Numbered from the stretch's first letter, positions 25,549-33,653 are shown. The stretch: 64,000 nt of DNA from a bacterium (GCA_003252295.1 QKEV01000003.1:701-64700), one strand, 5' to 3'. Program-made: numbers and translations. The notes: generated from the letters alone by a model not told the origin.

Positions 25549-26193
25549 ATGAACGAAGAAGCAACACAGAAAACAGAAAACAAAGCAGCAGCACCAGCAG
25601 GTGACCGACAGGACGCAAGAAATCATCGAGGCGGTGATCGTGGTCGCAGGTCTCGACGTGTGCGACGCCCACGTGTACGCAGCGAGTTTGACAACAAAAT
25701 TCTTGGTATTCGACGTGTAACTCGTGTGGTTGCTGGAGGACGACGATTCTCTTTCAGTGTGACGATGGTTATTGGAAACGGAAAAGGTCAGGTTGGTGTA
25801 GGACTCGGTAAGGCTTCTGATACTGCACTTGCTATTGAGAAGGCAACTCGTGACGCAAAGAAAAATCTTATTACGGTACCACTTACACCAGATGCTTCTC
25901 TTCCACATGAGACGCAAGCGAAGTACGATGCTTCAGAGGTGCTACTCATTCCTACACCTGGAAAGGGATTTAAAGCAGGTAGTGCGGTACGTACTGTTCT
26001 TGAAATGGCTGGTGTAAAGCACGTATCAGCAAAGATTCTTTCTCGAAGCAAGAACCCACTCAACAACGCTCAAGCAACTATTGCAGCATTGAAGAGTCTT
26101 CGACCAATTGCAGGGAAGACACAGAAAGGTGCACCAACAGGTGAAAAGGGAAAGGGTGCTAAGAATGCAGCAGATAAAAAAGAGAGTAAGTAA
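25549..26193 (+). CDS. rpsE: 30S ribosomal protein S5 (Arg-rich N-terminal and Lys-rich C-terminal extensions)
   Basis: RRVTRVVAGGRRFSFSVTMVIGNGKGQVGVGLGKASD is the uS5 core. Extra termini are present. Confidence 0.93.
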   Translation: MNEEATQKTENKAAAPAGDRQDARNHRGGDRGRRSRRVRRPRVRSEFDNKILGIRRVTRVVAGGRRFSFSVTMVIGNGKGQVGVGLGKASDTALAIEKATRDAKKNLITVPLTPDASLPHETQAKYDASEVLLIPTPGKGFKAGSAVRTVLEMAGVKHVSAKILSRSKNPLNNAQATIAALKSLRPIAGKTQKGAPTGEKGKGAKNAADKKESK

Positions 26194-26205
26194 CATTTTC
26201 TGACT

Positions 26206-26658
26206 ATGCAATTACACAACATTAAAAAAGCAAGCAGCAACAAAGAAGCACGACGAATAGGCCGTGGTGGAAAGCGTGGAAAGACAAGCGGTCGCGGACA
26301 CAAGGGACAGAAGTCACGTGCTGGACATCGTATTCGTCCTGCTGAGCGTGACATGATAAAGAAGATTCCAAAACTTCGAGGACATGGTAAGAATCGAGCA
26401 CGTACCGTAAATGTAGATCGTATTCGACCGGTAGCAGTGAACCTCAAGAATCTTGAAGTTGCCTTTGCTGATGGAGATAGAGTTGATCCAAAGACACTTG
26501 TTGCGAAGGGTCAGGTTCGTACTAAGGCGGGACGTGTTCCAACGGTGAAGATACTTGGAATGGGAAAACTTACCAAGAAGGTCACAGTTGCAAACTGTGA
26601 GGTTTCAAAGACGGCACGCGAGGCAATAGAAAAAGCTGGAGGAACGATACTTTCTTAG
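26206..26658 (+). CDS. rplO: 50S ribosomal protein L15
   Basis: GRGGKRGKTSGRGHKGQKSRAG is uL15. It follows rpsE directly, with no rpmD (L30) between them. Confidence 0.93.
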   Translation: MQLHNIKKASSNKEARRIGRGGKRGKTSGRGHKGQKSRAGHRIRPAERDMIKKIPKLRGHGKNRARTVNVDRIRPVAVNLKNLEVAFADGDRVDPKTLVAKGQVRTKAGRVPTVKILGMGKLTKKVTVANCEVSKTAREAIEKAGGTILS

Positions 26659-26710
26659 TACACCACAAAATGAACTAGAAAGTTGTTCCTCAAACATATA
26701 GACTAGTGAA

Positions 26711-27985
26711 ATGATAGGAGCATTCATACAAAAACTTAAACTAACTTTTGCAGACAGGGGACTTCGAACACGTATTTTATTTGTGCTCGGAGCGCTTGCT
26801 GCTTTTCGTATTCTCGGAACCATACCTATCCCAGGTGTGGATGTTGACCAGTTGACTGCCTTCCTGAGTAGCAATGAGTTTCTTGGACTCATGAACATGT
26901 TCTCTGGTGGTGGTCTCTCTAAGCTCTCTATTGTGATGCTTGGAGTAAGTCCATACATTACTGCGAGTATTATCATGCAGCTCTTGAGCATCATGTCTCC
27001 TTCTATTAAGGCACTCTACAGTGAGGAGGGAGAAGCAGGGCGACAGAAGTTTACCCAGTACTCACGTATGCTTACTGTACCGCTCGCACTTGTACAGGCA
27101 TTTGGTTTTCTCATGTTACTCTCACGACAGGGTGTGGTGACCAACCTTACGCCATTCAGCTTTATTGTGAACATGACCGTTATGGTTGCTGGTTCTATAC
27201 TTCTCATGTGGATCGGTGAGCTCATCAGTGAGTTTGGTATAGGAAATGGTGTGTCACTCCTCATCTTTGCAGGTATCGTTGCTTCACTCCCTACTACTAT
27301 GCAGAATATCTACCTCTCATTTGACGTATCACAGATCCCGATGATTATTGCCTTTATCGTTGTTGCACTCTTGGTAACTGCGGCAGTGGTTATCATTACT
27401 GAAGCAGAGCGACCTGTACCGGTTACGTACGCAAAGCAGGTTCGTGGAGGTAAGAGTTATGGAGGTGTTTCAACCTACATTCCACTTCGAGTGAACCAAG
27501 CTGGTGTTATTCCTATCATCTTTGCACTTTCAATAATCCTCTTCCCACAGATGATATTGAGCTTCCTCCAGGGTGCGTCTAATCCTGCACTTGCGAGTTT
27601 TGCAACAACTGCACTTGGCTACATTACCAACCAATGGATATACGGCGGTGTGTACTTCGTGCTCGTATTTTTCTTTACCTACTTCTACACAGCAGTAACC
27701 TTTGACCCACAGTCAATGGCAAACAACCTTCAGAAGTCTGGTGCTTTTGTGCCAGGAGTTCGACCGGGTGGGGCAACTGCTGAGTATATTGGTAACATCA
27801 TTACTCGTATTACACTGGTTGGTGCACTCTTCCTTGGTGTCATTGCAATCCTGCCAATGATCATGCAGGGTATCACAGGGTTTGGTTCATTTGCTGTAGG
27901 TGGTACAGCCCTCTTGATCGCAGTTTCAGTGGTGTTGGATCTAGTCCGCAAAGTCGACGCCCAAATCAGTATCAGAGAATATTAG
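26711..27985 (+). CDS. secY: preprotein translocase subunit SecY
   Basis: 10-TM protein with the SecY N-terminus (LRTRILFVLGALAAFRILGTIPIPGVD) and a conserved C-terminus. Confidence 0.95.
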   Translation: MIGAFIQKLKLTFADRGLRTRILFVLGALAAFRILGTIPIPGVDVDQLTAFLSSNEFLGLMNMFSGGGLSKLSIVMLGVSPYITASIIMQLLSIMSPSIKALYSEEGEAGRQKFTQYSRMLTVPLALVQAFGFLMLLSRQGVVTNLTPFSFIVNMTVMVAGSILLMWIGELISEFGIGNGVSLLIFAGIVASLPTTMQNIYLSFDVSQIPMIIAFIVVALLVTAAVVIITEAERPVPVTYAKQVRGGKSYGGVSTYIPLRVNQAGVIPIIFALSIILFPQMILSFLQGASNPALASFATTALGYITNQWIYGGVYFVLVFFFTYFYTAVTFDPQSMANNLQKSGAFVPGVRPGGATAEYIGNIITRITLVGALFLGVIAILPMIMQGITGFGSFAVGGTALLIAVSVVLDLVRKVDAQISIREY

Positions 27986-28003
27986 TGCTTAGTTTTTAGC
28001 ACA

Positions 28004-28090
28004 CTGCTGTGTTGCTCTTCATAAAACGAAACTCACCGTACACTCAGTACGGCTCGTTTCTTTTTACTCGAGCGCCTTGCATTGCATCTA
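28004..28090 (+). repeat. intergenic repeat family, copy 1
   Basis: Shares CTG.GTTGCT, a hairpin (CCGTACactcaGTACGG) and CGAGCGCCTTGcATTgCATC with copies at 32674, 33498 and 54722. Confidence 0.6.
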
Positions 28091-28147
28091 AAAACTAAAC
28101 CCTTGGTTATGTGCAAGGTGAAAAATTGTTTACTTCGAGTCTGGATT

Positions 28148-28200
28148 TGAGTACGGTTCGTTTTCTTTTATTTGCATACCTTGACCTGCACTTGAAAATT
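28148..28200 (+). repeat. intergenic repeat family, partial copy 2 (3' half only)
   Basis: GAGTACGGTTCGTTTTCTTTTaTTTGCATACCTTGaCcTGCAcTTG parallels the 3' half of copy 1. Confidence 0.5.
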
Positions 28201-28205
28201 TGAGT

Positions 28206-29204
28206 TTAATCTTTGCTTTCGAAAAAAAACGATTCGATGCTTCTTGCTTGAATGCTTTTTTTTGTGTTTAAAAACCATGAATGCTGAATATGTGGTAGTT
28301 TGAGTAACCGTTTTTTTGCTTTGACTTTGTTCTCATCAGTACCGCTCTCAGTAGTTTTTTCCTCAGCAACATCTTCCTTGGTAGCAGTGTCTTCAGTGGT
28401 AGCGTTTTTGTTAACTACATCCTCAGTATCTCTAACGGCAGTGTCCTCAGGGCTGCTGTTCTCGTCGGTGGCGTCTTCGATGGTGATGTGTTTAGTGGTA
28501 GCATCCTTTGTGGCTTTGTCGCTCTTAGGGGTAATATCTTCAACAGGTATATGGGTTACGGTAGTAGCACTTTTGGTGGCAGTGTCCTCAGTAACACTCT
28601 TGGGTTTAGTTTTCTTAGTTATTTCTAGTATTGCCCAGTGTTGTTCATCTACGTGTATAGGCGCATGACCAGGTAGGGTGCGTAGGAATAGTTGGTACGT
28701 TTCTTCAATGGCATCCTCAACACTCTTGATTGAGGTAACATTGGGTCGTTCTTTCATTGCCGTTTCCATGGTGTCATACAGGTCGTTGATCTCCCCCATG
28801 TCATCTTCAGTCAGTTTTGGGGAACCCTCTTCACCCCAGCAGCCACGCTTAAGTAAGCGTTCAATTGCTTGTTTCCTTTCTATGTCTAGGTACACCTCAA
28901 AGAAAGGCACTTCTATTTCCTGTGCGATGTTTTCAAACACCTCTGCATCCTTTGGTTCGGTAAGCAGGTAGGGAAGTAGTACGTCGTATCCTGCTTCAAG
29001 TTGGTTTTTTACGATAGACTTGGTGTGTTCAAACACCAATCGTCTTGCCTTGTCTTCCTGTTCTCTCCATCCCCCCATCATGCTAATGATTTGATCTCCC
29101 TCAAAAGCCATGGAGAGAGGATGTTCATCTGTGTATTTTTTAGACAAGGTTGTTTTCCCGCTTGAGGCAAAACCATACAGTAGTATTAGTTTTGGTGTAT
29201 TCAT
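28206..29204 (-). CDS. P-loop kinase-like NTPase (AAA_33/zeta-toxin-like fold) with long acidic Thr/Asp/Glu/Lys-rich repetitive tail
   Basis: N-terminal Walker A (LLYGFASSGKTTLSKKY) and a ~180-aa kinase-like core. The C-terminal ~150 aa is low-complexity with TEDTATK repeated three times. Confidence 0.55.
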   Translation of the reverse strand: MNTPKLILLYGFASSGKTTLSKKYTDEHPLSMAFEGDQIISMMGGWREQEDKARRLVFEHTKSIVKNQLEAGYDVLLPYLLTEPKDAEVFENIAQEIEVPFFEVYLDIERKQAIERLLKRGCWGEEGSPKLTEDDMGEINDLYDTMETAMKERPNVTSIKSVEDAIEETYQLFLRTLPGHAPIHVDEQHWAILEITKKTKPKSVTEDTATKSATTVTHIPVEDITPKSDKATKDATTKHITIEDATDENSSPEDTAVRDTEDVVNKNATTEDTATKEDVAEEKTTESGTDENKVKAKKRLLKLPHIQHSWFLNTKKSIQARSIESFFFESKD

Positions 29205-29266
29205 GCACCAAGTATACCAGACACATGCATGGTTTTACTCACAGGAGTATAATGAGAAACGTGTGT

Positions 29267-30070
29267 ATGTCTGAAGATGTAAACAAGTACAGCATAGAGG
29301 TTACAGACTTAGTGAAGCAGTTTGGTGACTTTACTGCGGTGAAGGGTGTGAGTTTTAGCGTGAGGCAGGGCAGTATCTTTGCATTCTTAGGACCAAACGG
29401 TGCAGGGAAGACGACGACCATTAAGATGCTCACGACGCTTTTGAAGCCGACAAGTGGTACTGTACAGCTGAATGGTATAGACCCGACCAAGAACCAGGAC
29501 ACGGCACGTAAGTCATTTGGTATCGTCTTTCAGGATCAGAGTGTTGATGAGGAGCTCACGGCATACGAGAACATGTACTTCCACGCCATGCTCTATGGTG
29601 TGGAACGCATACGAGCACAAGCAATGATAACTGAGCTCCTCACAGAGTTTGAACTCATTGAGCGCAAGGATAGTTTGGTAAAAGAGTTCTCTGGAGGAAT
29701 GCGACGACGGCTTGAGATAGCTCGTTCGTTCTTGCATGAGCCAAACATCATCTTTCTCGATGAGCCAACACTTGGACTCGACCCTCAGACGAGAGCAAAG
29801 CTGTGGGCGCACGTGTTAAAACTGAACAAGGAAAAAGGGGTGACTGTATTTCTCACGACACACTACATGGAGGAAGCAGAACGTATGGCAGACCAGGTGG
29901 CAGTCATAGACCATGGGGCTATTCTCGCTCAAGGTACGGTAGATGAGATAAAAGAGGAAGCAGGAGCAGAGACGCTCGAGCAAGCGTTTCTGGATATGAC
30001 TGGACGAGACATCCGTGAGAGTGAGGCAACAGGTCTTGAACGAATGCGTAACTTTAAGAGGAGGAGATAA
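29267..30070 (+). CDS. ABC transporter ATP-binding protein (ABC-2/DrrA-like)
   Basis: Walker A GPNGAGKTT, signature FSGGMRRRLEIARSF and Walker B IIFLDEPTLGLD. Start at Met of MSEDVNKYSIEV. An alternative ATG lies at 29252. Confidence 0.85.
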   Translation: MSEDVNKYSIEVTDLVKQFGDFTAVKGVSFSVRQGSIFAFLGPNGAGKTTTIKMLTTLLKPTSGTVQLNGIDPTKNQDTARKSFGIVFQDQSVDEELTAYENMYFHAMLYGVERIRAQAMITELLTEFELIERKDSLVKEFSGGMRRRLEIARSFLHEPNIIFLDEPTLGLDPQTRAKLWAHVLKLNKEKGVTVFLTTHYMEEAERMADQVAVIDHGAILAQGTVDEIKEEAGAETLEQAFLDMTGRDIRESEATGLERMRNFKRRR

Positions 30071-30075
30071 AACAT

Positions 30076-30822
30076 ATGGGAGTAATACATATACTTTGGC
30101 TACGACAAATAAAGCGATACCTTCGTTCACGGGCTCGCATGCTTGGTTCGCTTGCTCAACCACTTCTGTTTTTTGTAGCACTCGGTTTTGGTTTCGGTCC
30201 TGTCTTTGAGCAGGCTGGCAACGGCAGCTACATACAGTTTTTAGCACCAGGAGTTATTGCAATGTCAGTGATGTTCACTTCAGTGTTCTCCGGTATCGAC
30301 CTCATTTGGGATAAGCAGTTTGGTTTTCTGAAGGAGACCCTCGTTGCCCCTGTCTCTAGGGTGAAGATTTTATTTGGACGAACACTTGGTGCAGCAACGG
30401 TAGCTATGATGCAGGGATGCCTCGTGTTCCTCCTCACGTTCTTGTTTGGTTTTCGACCTGAGAACATGCTCTACTTACCGCTCGCGTTTCTCTTTATGGC
30501 ATTCATTGCTTTTCTCTTTACGGCACTCGGTACTGCACTCGCGTCGTTAGTGAATGATATGCACGCATTTCCAATGATCATGAACTTCTTGGTAATGCCA
30601 CTCTTCTTCCTCTCAGGCGCACTCTTTCCACTTGAGAACCTTCCCGCGGGAATCCGCTACGCTACCTATGGAAACCCGCTTCGCTATGGAGTCGATGGGC
30701 TCCATATAAGTATGAGTGGTCTTGAGGGTATTGGAATCATGGCAGACATGGGTACACTTTTAGTGTTTATTGTAGCGATCATGGGGTTGGGTGTGTATCT
30801 GTTCAAACGCATTGAGATTTAA
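30076..30822 (+). CDS. ABC-2 family transporter permease
   Basis: 6-TM protein with an ABC-2 type motif. Translationally coupled to the upstream ATPase. Confidence 0.75.
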   Translation: MGVIHILWLRQIKRYLRSRARMLGSLAQPLLFFVALGFGFGPVFEQAGNGSYIQFLAPGVIAMSVMFTSVFSGIDLIWDKQFGFLKETLVAPVSRVKILFGRTLGAATVAMMQGCLVFLLTFLFGFRPENMLYLPLAFLFMAFIAFLFTALGTALASLVNDMHAFPMIMNFLVMPLFFLSGALFPLENLPAGIRYATYGNPLRYGVDGLHISMSGLEGIGIMADMGTLLVFIVAIMGLGVYLFKRIEI

Positions 30823-30918
30823 CGTCAAAATATTGACAAAAACTTAATAAAATGTTATAAATAAAAAGGTTTGTAAACAAGTATAGCGAAGAACAATAGA
30901 ATCCTTTGGAGGTGTACA

Positions 30919-31143
30919 ATGTTTAAAATTTTGATATTTATCGCACTTTTTGGACCTGACCCATGTATGAATGGTTGCTTCTACACCGGAATGCGACCAC
31001 AACCAGAATTTCTTGGTTTTTCTGATGTAAATATTCAAGCAACCTTTGAAACAGAGGAACTCTGTACGCAGGCAGGAGAGAAATTGACCTCTGCGGACGG
31101 TCGGTTTCCAAATGTGAGGTTTGATTGTGTTCAGGTGAAGTAA
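30919..31143 (+). CDS. hypothetical small secreted 4-Cys protein
   Basis: 74-aa ORF with an N-terminal hydrophobic stretch (MFKILIFIALFG) and four Cys. A hairpin lies downstream. Confidence 0.3.
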   Translation: MFKILIFIALFGPDPCMNGCFYTGMRPQPEFLGFSDVNIQATFETEELCTQAGEKLTSADGRFPNVRFDCVQVK

Positions 31144-31155
31144 GTAGTGACTTCT

Positions 31156-31187
31156 TACCCCGTAGATGTATGTGTATCTGCGGGGTA
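31156..31187 (+). terminator. terminator-like hairpin
   Basis: ACCCCGTAGATgtatgtgtATCTGCGGGGT: 11-bp stem with one G-U pair. The T-run is weak. Confidence 0.45.
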
Positions 31188-31280
31188 TTAATGTGCAAAA
31201 AAATGTGAGTGTGGTAAAGTTAGTTATGTTTTTGCGTTACATGTTGAGCGCAAAAGCATTTTTTAGTTTAGTATATTGAT

Positions 31281-31835
31281 ATGGATTTAAAGACAGCTAT
31301 TTTGATAGGCCCATCTGGTTGCGGAAAGGGTACGCAGGCAAAGATGCTCGTTGAGCATCTAGAACAGCATGATACAGAGCATCCGGTGCGTTATCTACAA
31401 ACAGGTGAGAACTTTCGTAAGTTTATGGAGGGTGACTCGTACGTGCAGAGAAGGATCAAGGAAGCTCTCTCGGAAGGTAAGCTTGCACCTGGTTTTCTCC
31501 CTATATACATTTGGAGCCAACTTTTTATAGATAACATTACTGGTGATGATCATCTTGTGTGTGATGGATTTCCAAGACGTGCAGAGGAGTCTCCTATACT
31601 GCACAGTGCCTTCGAGTTTCTAGGACGTGAAAAACCAACAGTCATCCTCTTTGAAGTAGATGATGACGTACTCATTGAGCGTTTGGTGAACGGAAGAAAG
31701 CGTTTTGACGACACACCGGAGGGAGTTGCTGAACGACTTCGATTTTTCCGAAAAGATGTATCACTTGCCATCAAGTTTTTCGAAGAGCATCCGTACTACA
31801 ACGTGGTGCGAATCAATGGTGCGAATCAATGGTAA
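31281..31835 (+). CDS. adk: adenylate kinase (short form), 3' end disrupted by a 13-bp tandem duplication
   Basis: P-loop GPSGCGKGTQA. The ORF ends ...VVRINGANQW. Deleting one copy of gtgcgaatcaatg (31808-31833) restores ...RINGNQTPEEVHQDILKALDIG, ending at 31890. Confidence 0.85.
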   Translation: MDLKTAILIGPSGCGKGTQAKMLVEHLEQHDTEHPVRYLQTGENFRKFMEGDSYVQRRIKEALSEGKLAPGFLPIYIWSQLFIDNITGDDHLVCDGFPRRAEESPILHSAFEFLGREKPTVILFEVDDDVLIERLVNGRKRFDDTPEGVAERLRFFRKDVSLAIKFFEEHPYYNVVRINGANQW

Positions 31836-31901
31836 CCAGACACCGGAAGAGGTACATCAAGATATACTCAAAGCGCTCGATATTGGATAAGTAAAAGAAA
31901 G

Positions 31902-32659
31902 ATGGCAAAGATAAAATCATCAGAAGACATAGAAGCACTGAAAGACCTTGGTAAGCGACATGCTGAAGTGTTGGCTGAGGTGGCAGCTGCTGTACGTCCC
32001 GGAGTTACCTCACGTGAGCTCGAAGCACTCACCGATAAGCTCATTACTGCAAAAGGTGATGAACCTGCATTCAAGAACTACAAACCGTACGGTGCATCAC
32101 GACCATATCCGTGTGCACTCTGTATTGCTCCAAATGATACCGTCGTGCACGGCATACCGACAGAAATAGACTACACAGCACAAGAGGGAGACATTGTCGG
32201 ACTTGATATTGGTATACGACGAGGTAACTACTACATTGACGCTGGAATGACTGTTCCTGTTGGAAAAATAGATGAGAAGACCAAGAAGCTGCTCTACGTT
32301 ACCAAGGAAGCGCTCATGCGAGGTATTGATGAGGCGCGTGCAGGAAACCATGTAGGTGATATTGGCTATGCGATAGAACAGTATGTACGAAAGCAGGGGT
32401 ACGGACTCGTGCGTGAGCTCTGCGGGCATGGTGTAGGTCACAGTATCCATGAAGAGCCACAGGTGCCAAACTTCGGTGCACGTGGTACAGGAGAACTCCT
32501 AGAACCAGGTATGGTGCTTGCTATAGAACCGATGGTAAATGAGGGAAGAGGGGCAGTGACGGGTACTCGGTTGAGACACTCGATGGAAGTCGCAGTGCAC
32601 ACTTTGAACATGATGTGGTTATAACCGATGGTGAACCTATTATCCTTACCTCTTGGTAA
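31902..32659 (+). CDS. map: methionine aminopeptidase type I, with apparent -1 frameshift near 32553-32568
   Basis: MAP core residues are present (HGIP, DIGI..G.Y.D, HSIHEEP, EPM). The called ORF ends at 32624 with a non-homologous tail. The -1 frame from ~32553 encodes the canonical C-terminus GSDGYSVETLDGSRSAHFEHDVVITDGEPIILTSW, stopping at 32657-32659. Confidence 0.85.
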
Positions 32660-32673
32660 GACCGTCTATTTGG

Positions 32674-32760
32674 CGAACTTCTGCGTTACTTCAGTCGCTC
32701 GTATGTTCACCGTATAATCAATACGGCTCACATACTCGCTCCCTCGTGCCTTGAACTTCG
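32674..32760 (+). repeat. intergenic repeat family, copy 3
   Basis: CGAACTTCTGCGTTACTTCAGTCGCTCGTATGTTCACCGTATaatcaATACGGCTCACATACTCGCTCCCTCGTGCCTTGAACTTCG. Confidence 0.65.
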
Positions 32761-32870
32761 CTCAAATATACAATCTTACAATTGCAGTTGTGGAGATAAC
32801 AGGTATACTACGCACATATTTTTAGCAAATGTGTGCGTTTTTAAGTACGCACGGAAAGAAGATAAAAGAT

Positions 32871-33479
32871 ATGGCATCAGAATCATCAAAAGAACGTACG
32901 TTTGTCATCATCAAACCAGATGGTGTACAGCGTTCTCTCATCGGAGAGGTTATTAAGCGCTTTGAGCGAGTAGGACTCAAGCTCGTAGGACTCAGGTTTG
33001 AGGTACCGGAGGCAGGTAAGATCGAGGAGCACTACACACTTGATCCAAAGTGGAAAGAGAACGTAGGAACAAAAGCTATTGAATCATACAAAAAGAAGGG
33101 TCAGCAACCACCTTCAGAGGATCCTATTGAGATAGGAAACTTGGTTGTTGAACGTCTAAAGAAATACATGACGAGTGGTCCGGTTGTGCTCATGGCATGG
33201 CAGGGGGCACACTCTGTTGAGCTCATCCGAAAGCTTGTCGGTGGTACTGAGCCACGAAGTAGCGACGTCGGTACTATCCGCGGTGACTATGTGTTAGACA
33301 GTTACATGATGGCAGACACCGATGACCGAGCAATACGAAATCTCATTCATGCATCAGGAAGTGTAGAGGAGGCGACGCAAGAACTTGCACTATGGTTTGG
33401 TGAGGAAGAACTTGTAAACTACAAGCTTGTTCAGGAGGGGATACTATATGACGTAAACCTTGACGGCATCCTTGAGTAG
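32871..33479 (+). CDS. ndk: nucleoside diphosphate kinase (long form with ~40-aa insertion)
   Basis: ERTFVIIKPDGVQRSLIGEVIKRFE, ...GSDS.. and HASGS (active-site His region). Start at Met 32871. Confidence 0.85.
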   Translation: MASESSKERTFVIIKPDGVQRSLIGEVIKRFERVGLKLVGLRFEVPEAGKIEEHYTLDPKWKENVGTKAIESYKKKGQQPPSEDPIEIGNLVVERLKKYMTSGPVVLMAWQGAHSVELIRKLVGGTEPRSSDVGTIRGDYVLDSYMMADTDDRAIRNLIHASGSVEEATQELALWFGEEELVNYKLVQEGILYDVNLDGILE

Positions 33480-33497
33480 CTAAAACTTGCATACTTA

Positions 33498-33588
33498 ACG
33501 AACTTCTGCGTTGCTTCGGTCGTTCGTATGTTCACCGTATATTGAATACGGCTCACATACTCACTTCCTCGCGCCTTGAATTTCATCT
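33498..33588 (+). repeat. intergenic repeat family, copy 4
   Basis: CGAACTTCTGCGTTGCTTCGGTCGTTCGTATGTTCACCGTATattgaATACGGCTCACATACTCACTTCCTCGCGCCTTGAATTTCATC. Confidence 0.65.
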
Positions 33589-33653
33589 AAGTATGTAAGT
33601 TTTACAGCAGGTGTTTTTTTGGAAAGTCTTGTATATAAAAATTTTGTTGACGT

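Noticed and set aside
28300-28971. Plus-strand ORFs 28300-28668 and 28678-28971
   Set aside because: Antisense to the kinase gene's low-complexity tail, with Ser/Val-rich mirror composition.
18455-31280. Integrase, transposase, recombinase or phage genes explaining the two insertions in the r-protein cluster
   Set aside because: Every ORF ≥60 aa was inspected and none has DDE, tyrosine- or serine-recombinase motifs. The insertions therefore cannot be called mobile elements from this window alone.
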